Shown here: positions 46,153-56,499 of the stretch, one piece after another
How positions within the stretch are numbered: the first letter of the stretch is position 1
Layout of the letters: every line of letters starts with the position of its first letter
Source: Burkholderiales bacterium
GTDB lineage: Bacteria; Pseudomonadota; Gammaproteobacteria; Burkholderiales; Ga0077523
Assembly: GCA_044339985.1 (NCBI GenBank)
Contig: JBIIUM010000004.1
Coordinates: 1 to 58,985, forward strand
DNA: 58,985 nucleotides
Direction: 5' to 3'
Translations under genes and position numbers: made by a program
Notes under the pieces: model-generated
Seen by the model: the letters and a program-made list of their open reading frames with translations, nothing else
Databases searched by the model: none
What the model was told of the DNA's origin: nothing

Positions 46153-47127
46153 CTACGGAGCCTTGGGCAGCGAAGGCGCTGGAGGCGCCGGCGGCGAGGA
46201 ACTGTTGCTTTGCTGAAACACCCACCAGGCGCTGCCCGCCGCAATCACCATGACGACGGCGATCACGCCGGTTATCCAACCACGAGAAAGCCGCGACCGG
46301 CGTTGCGCTGCCGATGGCTGGTTGAACTCGCTATCCCGAACCGCCACCCGGGCGTGCTCGATCGTCACCGTATGGGTGTTGGCGGCGAAGGCCGCCAGCA
46401 GCGTTTTCTCGGCGATCAGGTTGATTCGGCGGGTGAGCCCGCCGCTGGCGCGGGCGATGAAGGCGACCACCTTGGGAGGGAACAGCGCCGGCCCCCGGTA
46501 GCCGGCGGCATGCAGACGGAAGTTGAGGTACTCGCCGATGTCCGGTTCCGCCAAGGGCGCGAGATTGAAGCTGTGAGTGATGCGTTCCCTGAGTTGGCGG
46601 ATACTGGTTTCGCTCAGGTTTTCGTCCAACTCCGGCTGGCCGAAGAGCACAAGCTGCAACAACTTGTGGCGGTCGGTTTCGAGGTTGGAGAGCAGCCGGA
46701 TTTCCTCCAGGGTGGCAATCGGCATCCCCTGCGATTCTTCCACGAACACCACCACTTGCCGGCCTTCGGAGTGGCGCCGCAACAGGTAATCGTGCAGCGC
46801 GTGCATAACCTCCAGGCGTTTGGCATCGCGTGCCACCGGCAGCTGCAGCTCGAAGGCAATCGCGTGCATGATTTCGTCGGGCGAGACGCTGGGATTGCCA
46901 AGATAGACAATGTCGACGCGCTCGGCGAGCCTTGCCTGCAGCATGCGGCACAGCATGGTCTTGCCGCTGCCCACTTCGCCGGTAACCTTGATGATCCCCT
47001 CGCCGTTGAGGATGGCGTAAACAAGGGCATCCAGAACCGCTCCGCGGTTGGCGCCCTCGAAAAAAAACTCGGTGTCGGGCGTGATCCGGAAGGGTGGGCG
47101 CTTGAGCCCGAAAAAAGCGTAGTACAT
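46153..47127 (-). CDS. ExeA/GspA/MshM-family AAA ATPase with C-terminal TM anchor
   Basis: MYYAFFGLKRPPFRITPD, TGEVGSGKT, VFVEESQ, LFGQPEL, RQLRERI, SGGLTRRIN; start at ATG 47127. Confidence 0.93.
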   Translation of the reverse strand: MYYAFFGLKRPPFRITPDTEFFFEGANRGAVLDALVYAILNGEGIIKVTGEVGSGKTMLCRMLQARLAERVDIVYLGNPSVSPDEIMHAIAFELQLPVARDAKRLEVMHALHDYLLRRHSEGRQVVVFVEESQGMPIATLEEIRLLSNLETDRHKLLQLVLFGQPELDENLSETSIRQLRERITHSFNLAPLAEPDIGEYLNFRLHAAGYRGPALFPPKVVAFIARASGGLTRRINLIAEKTLLAAFAANTHTVTIEHARVAVRDSEFNQPSAAQRRSRLSRGWITGVIAVVMVIAAGSAWWVFQQSNSSSPPAPPAPSLPKAP

Positions 47128-47134
47128 GCGCCCC

Positions 47135-48589
47135 CTACGCCCGCCCGCCGGGGCTGCTGCCCGCCGCGTGGGTGTCGTGGCCCTGAACACGGCCGTAGAG
47201 GGTGGTGCGACGAACGCCAAGCATGCGGGCTGCCTGGCTGAAGTTGCCGTGGCTCATGGCGAGTGCAGCCTCCACGAAGCAGCGTTCCCACTGACGCAGA
47301 GTCTCGTCCAGGTCGAGGTTGTGACGCGTCTCAAGGATTCCGCGGGCCGCCTGCACGCTGGGCTCGAAGCTAAACGCAGGCGTAGCCGTTTCCTCATGGG
47401 ACGGGAGCGAACCCGCGAAATCTAGCTCCGTGGCGAGTTGCTCTCGGCTGACCTTTTGGCCGGAGTGCCGGGTTATCAGCCGTATCACCACGTTACGCAA
47501 TTCACGCACGTTACCGGGGAAGGGATAATCCATCCACAGCGCAAGCGCTTCTGGAGAAAGAACAAATGGCGTTGCGCCTGTCTGGGCCGCATACAGCGCC
47601 GTAAAGTGTTCCAGCAGCAGCTGACGGTCTTGCCCCAGCTCGCGCAGCGGCGCCACCTGAATGGCAAACACGGACAACCGGTGATAGAGGTCAAGGCGGA
47701 AGCGGCCTGCGCGCACCTCCTCCCGCAACCCGCGGTTGGTGGCGGCAATCACCCGGGCTTCGCTGTGCCGCGACTGGGTTTCGCCGACGCGCTGAAACTC
47801 GCCGTTTTCCAGGACACGCAGCAACTTGGCTTGCAGCTCCAGAGGCAGCTCGCCGATCTCGTCAAGGAACAGCGTGCCGTCGCGAGCGTCTTCGAAGTAA
47901 CCGCTGCGGGCTCCGGCGGCGCCGGTGAAAGCCCCCTTGGCGTGGCCGAACAGGGTGGGTTCCACCAGGTTTGCCGAAATGGCGGCGCAGTTCAGGGCGA
48001 GATAGGGTCGTCCAGCACGAAGGCCGAAACGGTGCAGTGCCTCGGCCACCAGTTCCTTCCCGCTACCCGATTCGCCTTCAATGAGCACGGGAAAGGGCGA
48101 ACTGCCGTACAGGGCGATCTGCTCGCGCAGTCGCTCAATAGGGAAGCTCCTGCCCACGATGCCGCTGGTGGCGGCAGGGTCGCGCTTCTCGGCTGCACTG
48201 AAGCCGGAGGCGCGCAGCAGCAACTCCTTGAGGCGCTCGGGCTCGCACGGCTTGGCCACAAAATCCACCGCGCCCAGGGCGCGAGCATGGCGGGCGTTCG
48301 CCTCGTCGTTCTGGCCTGAGAGCACCAGGATTTTCATGTGTGGTGCGGCGCCGAGCAGGTCTCCGATGAGCTTGAAACCCTCGTCGGGGCGGTGCGGCGT
48401 GGGCGGAAGGCCCAGGTCCACCAGCGCGAGGCCGGGCGGCTCGCCGAGTTGCATCAGGAGGCTTTGCACCTGGCCACGGGAATCGGCGGCATAGACGTTG
48501 AAGTCACGACCAAGCACGAAGGACAGGGTATCGGAGATCAGCGGATCGTCATCGACGATCAGCAGGTCGGGCCGGACCTTGGTCTCCAT
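47135..48589 (-). CDS. Sigma54-dependent response regulator (REC-AAA+-Fis HTH; PrsR-like receiver)
   Basis: LLIVDDD, VDLGLPP, KP; GESGSGKE, intact GAFTGA, FLDEIGE, FPGNVREL; HTH NFSQAARMLGVRRTTLY. Confidence 0.94.
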   Translation of the reverse strand: METKVRPDLLIVDDDPLISDTLSFVLGRDFNVYAADSRGQVQSLLMQLGEPPGLALVDLGLPPTPHRPDEGFKLIGDLLGAAPHMKILVLSGQNDEANARHARALGAVDFVAKPCEPERLKELLLRASGFSAAEKRDPAATSGIVGRSFPIERLREQIALYGSSPFPVLIEGESGSGKELVAEALHRFGLRAGRPYLALNCAAISANLVEPTLFGHAKGAFTGAAGARSGYFEDARDGTLFLDEIGELPLELQAKLLRVLENGEFQRVGETQSRHSEARVIAATNRGLREEVRAGRFRLDLYHRLSVFAIQVAPLRELGQDRQLLLEHFTALYAAQTGATPFVLSPEALALWMDYPFPGNVRELRNVVIRLITRHSGQKVSREQLATELDFAGSLPSHEETATPAFSFEPSVQAARGILETRHNLDLDETLRQWERCFVEAALAMSHGNFSQAARMLGVRRTTLYGRVQGHDTHAAGSSPGGRA

Positions 48590-48596
48590 GGAGGAC

Positions 48597-49328
48597 TCAG
48601 GCGGCCCGAGGCTCATCGATCAGCCTCAGGAACGCCTGCTCCAGTGAAGCGTCACCGTGGGAAGCGCGCAATTGGGCGGGCCTGCCCACGTAGCGCAGGT
48701 GGCCGCGGTGCAGCACGGCCATCCGGCTGCACATCTCGTCCACGTCAGCGAGCGCGTGGGAAGTGATGAACACGGTGGCGCCGCCCGCGTGGCGCTCTCG
48801 CAACACTGCTTTGAGCAGCGCCCGGGCCTTGGGATCGAGACCGCTGGTGGGTTCGTCCAGCACAAGCATGGGGCGGCCCGCGAGCAGGGCGCAGGCAAGC
48901 CCAAGTTTTTGCGTCATGCCTTTGGAGAAGGCGCGCACCGGCTTGTCGAGAGCCCCCGCATCGAGGTCAAGGCTGGAGATGGTGGAACGAGCCAGTGCTT
49001 CATCGTACCGTTGTCCGTAGAGCCGCAGCATGAGGCGAAGAAAATCCCTCCCCGTGGCATAGAAGGGGGCATTGAATCGCTCGGGCACGAACGCGATGCT
49101 GGAACGCGCTTCGGTGCGCGTACTCGGGATGCCGAAAAGTTCGATGCGACCCTCTTCAGCGCGGTTGGCGTCGAGCAGACACTTGATCAGCGTGGTCTTG
49201 CCGGCGCCATTCATGCCCACCAAGCCGAAGAAATCTCCCTGATCCACTTCCAGATTCACCTCCGCCAGGGCGGCCAGCGGGCCGAAGCGCTTGGTGACCT
49301 GATCGATGCGAAGGGCGGGTGGCGGCAT
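48597..49328 (-). CDS. ABC exporter ATP-binding protein (PilH/XapD-like)
   Basis: GMNGAGKTT, FSKGMTQKLG, LDEPTSGLDP, SHAL; start at ATG 49328. Confidence 0.9.
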   Translation of the reverse strand: MPPPALRIDQVTKRFGPLAALAEVNLEVDQGDFFGLVGMNGAGKTTLIKCLLDANRAEEGRIELFGIPSTRTEARSSIAFVPERFNAPFYATGRDFLRLMLRLYGQRYDEALARSTISSLDLDAGALDKPVRAFSKGMTQKLGLACALLAGRPMLVLDEPTSGLDPKARALLKAVLRERHAGGATVFITSHALADVDEMCSRMAVLHRGHLRYVGRPAQLRASHGDASLEQAFLRLIDEPRAA

Positions 49329-49498
49329 TCGGAAGGAGGACCTGAAGCCTCGGAGTGCCCGCTTGGCGAAACGCCGCGGAACCCGGCAACGGTAACGGAA
49401 TCGAAAGGTTGCCTCAAGCACGGCCTCATCCGAGAGGCATTCGCTCGGGGCCAGCGGGTTACAATCTGCGCCTTTTTTCGAACCCTGCAGGCTGCCCT

Positions 49499-50308
49499 TT
49501 GTCCTCGGAAAGTCTAGTTGAACTCGACGCAGTGGAGTTCGCCTACGCGCAGCGACCCATTCTCAAGGGGGTGAGGATGCGGTTTCCGCGCGGCTCGGTG
49601 GTGGCGATCATGGGGGGCAGCGGTTGCGGCAAGACCACGCTGCTGCGATTGATCGGAGGCCAGTTGCGTGCCTCGAAGGGCGAAGTGCGGGTGGAAAGTC
49701 AGGATGTGGCGGGGCTTTCCCACGGGGCGCTTTACCGGCTGCGCCGTCGTATGGGCATGCTGTTTCAGTTCGGTGCCCTGTTCACCGATCTGACCGTGTT
49801 CGACAACGTGGCTTTTCCGCTGCGCGAGCACACCAGTCTGTCCGAGACCATGATCCGCGACCTCGTGCTCATGAAGCTGCAGGCCGTGGGACTCAGGGGC
49901 GCCGCACAATTGCGTCCGGCGGAACTGTCTGGAGGCATGGCGCGGCGTGTGGCGCTGGCGCGCGCCGTGGCCCTGGATCCCATGCTCATCATGTACGACG
50001 AGCCCTTCACGGGCCTCGACCCTATTTCCCTCGGGGTGATCGCGAACCTGATCCGGCGCCTGAACGACGCGCTCGGCGCCACCTCAGTGCTGGTGACGCA
50101 CGATGTGGAGGCGTCGCTGCGCATCGTCGACTACGTCTACATCCTGGACGGCGGCCTCATCGTGGCCGAGGGCACGCCCGAGCAGATCCGGGCTTCTGCC
50201 GAGCCCCTGGTGCATCAATTCGTCCATGGCGAGGCTGATGGCCCGGTAGGCTTTCACTACCCGGCAGCCGGGCTTGCCCAGTCTTTCGGCATGGGAGAGC
50301 GGCCATGA
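49499..50308 (+). CDS. mlaF: Mla phospholipid ABC ATPase
   Basis: MGGSGCGKTT, GMLFQFGALFTD, LSGGMARRVALARA, YDEPFTGLDP. Probable TTG start at 49499; TACAAT -10 element at 49460. Confidence 0.93.
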   Translation: MSSESLVELDAVEFAYAQRPILKGVRMRFPRGSVVAIMGGSGCGKTTLLRLIGGQLRASKGEVRVESQDVAGLSHGALYRLRRRMGMLFQFGALFTDLTVFDNVAFPLREHTSLSETMIRDLVLMKLQAVGLRGAAQLRPAELSGGMARRVALARAVALDPMLIMYDEPFTGLDPISLGVIANLIRRLNDALGATSVLVTHDVEASLRIVDYVYILDGGLIVAEGTPEQIRASAEPLVHQFVHGEADGPVGFHYPAAGLAQSFGMGERP

Positions 50309-51099
50309 TGGGAGCGCTTGACGCTGGCCTTCGGTCCCTGGGTGCCCGGGTGGTGGACGGCGTTTGGAAACTCGGCTGCGCCACGCGCTTCACGGGCACG
50401 CTGCTGGCACGGTCGGCCCCGGCGCTGCGTCGCCCCCAGTTGTTGCTCGACCAGGTGCACTTTACCGGTGTGCTGTCGCTCATCATCATCGTGGTGTCTG
50501 GGCTGTTCGTCGGGCTGGTGCTGGGGCTGCAGGGTTACGAGACCCTCAAGCGCTATGGCTCGGCGGAGGCGCTTGGCACGCTGGTCGCGTTGGCGCTGGT
50601 ACGCGAGCTTGGGCCGGTGGTGGCGGCGTTGCTCTTCGCGAGCCGTGCGGGTTCAGCCATCACGGCGAAGATCGGCATCATGAGGTCCACCGAGCAACTC
50701 TCGGCCATGGAGATGATGGCCGTGGACCCCTACAGCCGGGTGCTGGCGCCCATCTTCTGGGGAGGGGCCATTTCCATGCCGCTGCTGGCGGCCATCTTCA
50801 GCGCCTGCGGCGTGTTCGGCGGCTACCTGATCGGCGTAGTGGTGCTGGGCGTGGATTCGGGCGCCTTCTGGTCGCAGATGCAGGCTGCGGTGGATGTCTG
50901 GGACGATGTGGGCAACGGCGTGATCAAGAGCGTTGTGTTCGGCGTGGCCGTCACGCTCATCGCGCTGTTCGAAGGCTGGGATGCGCCGCCCACCGCCGAA
51001 GGGGTGTCCTATGCCGTGACGCGCACCGTGGTCACCTCGGCGCTGGCTGTCCTGGCACTTGATTTCGTCCTCACCTCGTTCATGTTCACTGGGGTTTGA
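50305..51099 (+). CDS. mlaE: Mla permease
   Basis: LGLQGY, RELGPV, SRAGSA, EQLSAMEMMAVDP, TVVTS. Confidence 0.95.
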   Translation: MMGALDAGLRSLGARVVDGVWKLGCATRFTGTLLARSAPALRRPQLLLDQVHFTGVLSLIIIVVSGLFVGLVLGLQGYETLKRYGSAEALGTLVALALVRELGPVVAALLFASRAGSAITAKIGIMRSTEQLSAMEMMAVDPYSRVLAPIFWGGAISMPLLAAIFSACGVFGGYLIGVVVLGVDSGAFWSQMQAAVDVWDDVGNGVIKSVVFGVAVTLIALFEGWDAPPTAEGVSYAVTRTVVTSALAVLALDFVLTSFMFTGV

Positions 51100-51103
51100 A
51101 CAC

Positions 51104-51577
51104 ATGAAACGCACCACCGTCGATTTGTGGGTTGGCCTGTTCGTCACCGCCGGGCTGGCGGCGCTGATGGTTCTCGCCCTGAAGGTGGGCAATGCCACCA
51201 CAGTGAGCGCTGCCGATGGTTACCGTGTCACGGCTGAGTTCGACAATATCGGCGGCCTCAAGCCGCGCGCGCCGGTGAAGAGCTCCGGCGTGGTGGTGGG
51301 TCGCGTGGAGCGCATCGAACTGGATACGCGCAAGTTCGTCGCCCGGGTCACGCTGCGCCTGGACCGACGCTACGACTTCCCGTCCGATTCCTCGGCCTCC
51401 ATCCTGACAGCCGGGCTGCTGGGCGAGCAGTACGTGGGGCTGGAGGGCGGCGGTGACGAAAAGCTCCTCAAGGATGGTGACCGCGTGACGATCACGCAGG
51501 GGGCCATGATCCTGGAGCGCATGATTGGGCGCTTCCTGTACGGCAAGGCTGCCGAGGGGCCCCAGCCCGAGAAATGA
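51104..51577 (+). CDS. mlaD: Mla MCE-domain protein
   Basis: DLWVGLFV, FDNIGGLK, GVVVGRV, ILTAGLLGEQY. Confidence 0.95.
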   Translation: MKRTTVDLWVGLFVTAGLAALMVLALKVGNATTVSAADGYRVTAEFDNIGGLKPRAPVKSSGVVVGRVERIELDTRKFVARVTLRLDRRYDFPSDSSASILTAGLLGEQYVGLEGGGDEKLLKDGDRVTITQGAMILERMIGRFLYGKAAEGPQPEK

Positions 51578-51631
51578 GCCCACCGCCCGCGGTCGCCGTG
51601 CCGGCGCCCGGGCTTTTGCTGGAGAACAGCC

Positions 51632-52279
51632 ATGACGACGACACCGATGTTTCCCGGCCGCAGCCTGGCCGCTCTGGCCCTGTTGGCCCTCGGCCTGGCC
51701 GGCGCGCCGGCGCGTGCCCAGGTGGTACCGCCCGACGAACTGGTGCGGGCCACCTCCGAGCAGGTGCTCAAGATGGCGGCCGAAGACACCGGCGCCAAGA
51801 ACGGCAACACGGCCAAGCTGGTGGAGCTGATCGAAACCCGCGTGGTGCCGCACTTCGACATGAGGAAGGTCACGCGGCTGGCGGTGGGCAGGCCGTGGCG
51901 CGAGGCCACGCCCGAGCAGCAGGCCACGCTGGTGCGCGAGTTCCAGAACCTGCTGGTGCGCTCCTACGCCGCCGCCTACACCGCCTATCGCCAGGTGAAG
52001 GTGGAGGTGCCCCCCGTGAAGCTGACCGGCGGCGAGGAGGAGGTGGTGGTGAAGACCCGCATCCTGCTGCCGGGTGGTGCGCCGCCAGTGGGTGTGGACT
52101 ACGCCATGGGCCGTTCTGATACCGGCTGGAAGGTCTTCAACGTCACCGTTGACGGCGTGAGCCTGGTCACGACCTACCGTAACGAGTTCGCTGCCCAGAT
52201 TCAGAACGGCGGCATCGACGGCCTGATCGGCTACCTTCGGGAGCGTAACGCCCGGGTCGGACGGCCGGCAGCGAAATGA
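51632..52279 (+). CDS. mlaC: Mla periplasmic phospholipid-binding protein
   Basis: Signal peptide, LAVGRPWR, LLVRSY, WKVFNVTVDGVSLVTTYR, GIDGLI. Confidence 0.93.
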   Translation: MTTTPMFPGRSLAALALLALGLAGAPARAQVVPPDELVRATSEQVLKMAAEDTGAKNGNTAKLVELIETRVVPHFDMRKVTRLAVGRPWREATPEQQATLVREFQNLLVRSYAAAYTAYRQVKVEVPPVKLTGGEEEVVVKTRILLPGGAPPVGVDYAMGRSDTGWKVFNVTVDGVSLVTTYRNEFAAQIQNGGIDGLIGYLRERNARVGRPAAK

Positions 52280-52569
52280 GCGCCGTGCTGCACGAGGGTC
52301 GGCTGGCCGTCTCGGGGCCGGTCACGCTGCAAACCGTGGAGGCGCTGGTGGCGAGTGGCGACGCCCTGATCCGCGAGGGCGCCCGGGTCGTGGATCTGTC
52401 CGGGGTGGCGGAGGTGGATTCGGCGGCGCTCGCCATGTTGCTCCACTGGATCCGCGCTGCCCGCGGCGCCGGCCGCCCCCTGGCTGTGGACAACGCCCCG
52501 GACTCGCTGCGCAGTCTGGCGAGGCTCTACGACCTGGAAGCGCTCGTGTTCGGCGCGGGAGCGCCTTGA
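52276..52569 (+). CDS. mlaB: STAS-domain protein
   Basis: VDLSGVAEVDSAALAMLL, LARLYDL; follows mlaC. Confidence 0.9.
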   Translation: MSAVLHEGRLAVSGPVTLQTVEALVASGDALIREGARVVDLSGVAEVDSAALAMLLHWIRAARGAGRPLAVDNAPDSLRSLARLYDLEALVFGAGAP

Positions 52570-53477
52570 CCCCGGCCATTGAAGTCAGCGGGCTGGGCAA
52601 GCGCTACGGTGGTGTGCAGGCGCTCGACGGTGTTGACCTTGAGGTGGCGCCGGGAGAATTCTTTGCGCTTCTGGGTCCCAACGGGGCAGGCAAGACCACC
52701 CTCATCAGCATTCTCGCCGGGCTGGCGCGCCCCGATCGCGGCGAGGCCAGGGTGATGGGCCATCACGTGGTGCGCGACTATCGCGCGGCGCGTCGCGCCC
52801 TGGGAGTGGTGCCCCAGGAACTGGTGTTCGACCCCTTCTTCACCGTGCGCGAGACGCTTCGCATCCAGAGCGGCTATTTCGGACTGACGCGCAACGACGC
52901 CTGGATTGACGAGATCCTCGGTCACCTGGACCTCACCGCCAAGGCCAACGCCAACATGCGCACACTTTCCGGGGGCATGAAGCGCCGGGTGCTGGTGGCC
53001 CAGGCCCTGGTGCACCGCCCGCGGGTGATCATCCTCGACGAACCCACCGCCGGCGTGGACGTGGAATTGCGCCAAGGTCTGTGGGCCTTCATCCGGCGCT
53101 TGAATCAGGCTGGTCACACCATCGTGCTCACCACTCACTACCTGGAGGAGGCCGAGACCCTCTGCTCGCGGGTGGCCATGCTCAAGTCGGGGCGGGTGGT
53201 GGCGCTGGACACCACGGCGAACCTGCTGGCGGGGTTGTCGGGCGTGCACCTCAAGGTGCGGCTCGAACCCGACTGCCTGCCCGAGGCGCTGCGCGCCAGG
53301 GCCCTGCCGGGCTCGGGCGGACTCCAGGTGATCGCCCTGGAACGCGCCGCCCTGGTGGCTGACGCGCTGGCGGCGCTGCGCGCCGAAGGCATCCAGGTGC
53401 TGGATGTGCAGATCGAGCAGCCCGACCTCGAAGAGGCTTTCCTGCGGCTGGTGGGGCGCGAGGAGCGCACGGCGTGA
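52566..53477 (+). CDS. ABC transporter ATP-binding protein (YadG-like)
   Basis: [41 protein letters not shown]. Confidence 0.92.
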   Translation: MTPAIEVSGLGKRYGGVQALDGVDLEVAPGEFFALLGPNGAGKTTLISILAGLARPDRGEARVMGHHVVRDYRAARRALGVVPQELVFDPFFTVRETLRIQSGYFGLTRNDAWIDEILGHLDLTAKANANMRTLSGGMKRRVLVAQALVHRPRVIILDEPTAGVDVELRQGLWAFIRRLNQAGHTIVLTTHYLEEAETLCSRVAMLKSGRVVALDTTANLLAGLSGVHLKVRLEPDCLPEALRARALPGSGGLQVIALERAALVADALAALRAEGIQVLDVQIEQPDLEEAFLRLVGREERTA

Positions 53478-54229
53478 GCGGTTTTCTAACCCTGTTGCGC
53501 AAGGAGCTGCTGCGCTTCTGGAAGGTGGCCTTCCAGACCGTCGCCGCGCCCATCCTCACCGCGGCGCTCTATCTGCTGGTGTTCTCCCACGTGCTGGAGG
53601 CCCACGTGCAGGTCTATCCGGGTGTTTCCTACACTGCCTTCCTGGTGCCTGGGCTGGCGATGATGTCGTTGCTGCAAAACGCGTTTGCCAATACCTCTTC
53701 GTCGCTGATCCAGTCCAAGATCACCGGCAATATCGTGTTCGTGTTGCTCACGCCCCTGTCCCATGCCGAGCTGTACTGGGCCTACATCTGCGCGGCCGTG
53801 GTACGCGGGGTGATGGTGGGGGCCGGCGTGTTCGCCGTCACCTTCATCACCGGGCCGGTGCCCTTGCCCCATCCGCTATGGGCGGCGGCCTTCGCTGTGC
53901 TCGGCGGGGGCATCCTGGGCGCCCTTGGGCTCATCGCCGGCATCTGGGCGGACAAGTTCGACCAGTTGGCGGCATTCCAGAACTTCGTCATCGTGCCGCT
54001 CACTTTCCTGTCGGGGGTGTTCTACTCGGTGCACTCCCTGCCGCCCTTTTGGCAGGCCGCCTCTCACCTCAACCCGTTCTTCTACATGATCGACGGCTTC
54101 CGCTACGGCTTCTTCGGCGAGTCCGACATCGCGCCGCTTACCGGCCTTTGCATTGTGGGGGCCACTTTCGGCGGCTTATCATTCGTGTCGCTGCGGTTGC
54201 TGCGCAGCGGCTGGAAACTGCGCTCCTGA
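53474..54229 (+). CDS. ABC-2 permease (YadH-like)
   Basis: FLVPGL, NAFANTSSS, PLTFLSGVFYS, NPFFYMIDGFRYG. Confidence 0.92.
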   Translation: MSGFLTLLRKELLRFWKVAFQTVAAPILTAALYLLVFSHVLEAHVQVYPGVSYTAFLVPGLAMMSLLQNAFANTSSSLIQSKITGNIVFVLLTPLSHAELYWAYICAAVVRGVMVGAGVFAVTFITGPVPLPHPLWAAAFAVLGGGILGALGLIAGIWADKFDQLAAFQNFVIVPLTFLSGVFYSVHSLPPFWQAASHLNPFFYMIDGFRYGFFGESDIAPLTGLCIVGATFGGLSFVSLRLLRSGWKLRS

Positions 54230-54272
54230 AGGCCCCCGCGAGCGCACCTTCTCCCTTCTCTCGGTTCGCCCC

Positions 54273-54512
54273 ATGCTCAGTCCCGACACCGTCCGCCAGT
54301 ACATCGCCGACAACCTGCCCTGCGAACACCTTGAAGTGAGCGGCGATGGCGCGCACTTCGAGGCCGTCATCGTGAGCACTGAATTCACGGGCAAGAACCG
54401 CGTGCAGCGCCATCAGGCGGTCTACAAGGCCTTGGGCGAACGCATGCGCGAGGAGATTCACGCCCTGTCCATGCAGACCCTCACGCCGGACGAGTGGCGC
54501 GCGCGGGGCTGA
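54273..54512 (+). CDS. ibaG: BolA-family protein
   Basis: GDGAHFEAVIVS...RVQRHQAVY...EIHALS...TPDEW; directly upstream of murA. Confidence 0.88.
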   Translation: MLSPDTVRQYIADNLPCEHLEVSGDGAHFEAVIVSTEFTGKNRVQRHQAVYKALGERMREEIHALSMQTLTPDEWRARG

Positions 54513-55775
<1,263 letters not shown>

Positions 55776-55839
55776 GGGCGCCTGCGCGCCCGGCTCCGGT
55801 AGAATCCGCTCCCCCTTTGCCATACCCGCCGCGCTCGCC

Positions 55840-56499
55840 GTGAAAGGCATCACCATTGCCCTGTCCAAGGGCCGCATCTTCGAGGAAACCGCGCCCTTGC
55901 TGGCGGCCGCGGGCATTCGCGCGGCCGAGGACCCGGAGCGCTCGCGCAAGCTGATCCTCCCCACCAACCGGCCCGATGTGCGCATTCTCATCGTGCGCGC
56001 CTCGGATGTGCCCACCTATGTCCAGCACGGTGCCGCCGACCTGGGGATCGCCGGCCGTGACGTGCTCATGGAACATGGCGGCGCCGGTCTGTACCAGCCG
56101 CTCGACCTGGGCATCGCCCGCTGCCGGATGATGGTGGCCGTGCCCGAGGGCTTTGATTACGCCCTGGCGGTGAAACAGGGGGCGCGGCTGCGGGTGGCCA
56201 CCAAGTACCTGCGCACCGCCAGCGAGCACTTTGCTGCCAAAGGGGTGCACGTGGAGCTCATCAAGCTGTACGGCTCCATGGAATTGGCGCCGCTGGTGGG
56301 CCTGGCGGACGCCATCGTCGATCTGGTTTCCAGCGGCAACACGCTGCGCGCCAATCATTTGTTGGCAGTGGAGGAAATCGCGCCGGTGTCGGCGCGGCTG
56401 GTGGTGAACCAGGCCGCGCTCAAGCTGCGGCGCCCGTTGCTGCAGCCGGTGATCGACGCCTTCGCCACCGCCGTGCGCACTGCCGCGGAGGCGGCATGA
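55840..56499 (+). CDS. hisG: ATP phosphoribosyltransferase, short form
   Basis: [49 protein letters not shown] start at 55840; TAGAAT -10 element at 55800. Confidence 0.95.
   Translation: MKGITIALSKGRIFEETAPLLAAAGIRAAEDPERSRKLILPTNRPDVRILIVRASDVPTYVQHGAADLGIAGRDVLMEHGGAGLYQPLDLGIARCRMMVAVPEGFDYALAVKQGARLRVATKYLRTASEHFAAKGVHVELIKLYGSMELAPLVGLADAIVDLVSSGNTLRANHLLAVEEIAPVSARLVVNQAALKLRRPLLQPVIDAFATAVRTAAEAA

Noticed and set aside
32788-48589. A genuine PEP-CTERM/exosortase system
   Set aside because: No exosortase, EpsI, PEP-CTERM-tailed protein or EPS genes in the window; only the regulators resemble PrsK/PrsR.
30248-49328. Filament locus as a mobile element
   Set aside because: Parts look slightly less GC-rich by eye, but no transposase, integrase, terminal repeats or conjugation genes were seen; a composition scan would be needed.
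55840-56499. hisG appears truncated
   Set aside because: It is the normal short-form HisG, which works with HisZ encoded elsewhere.
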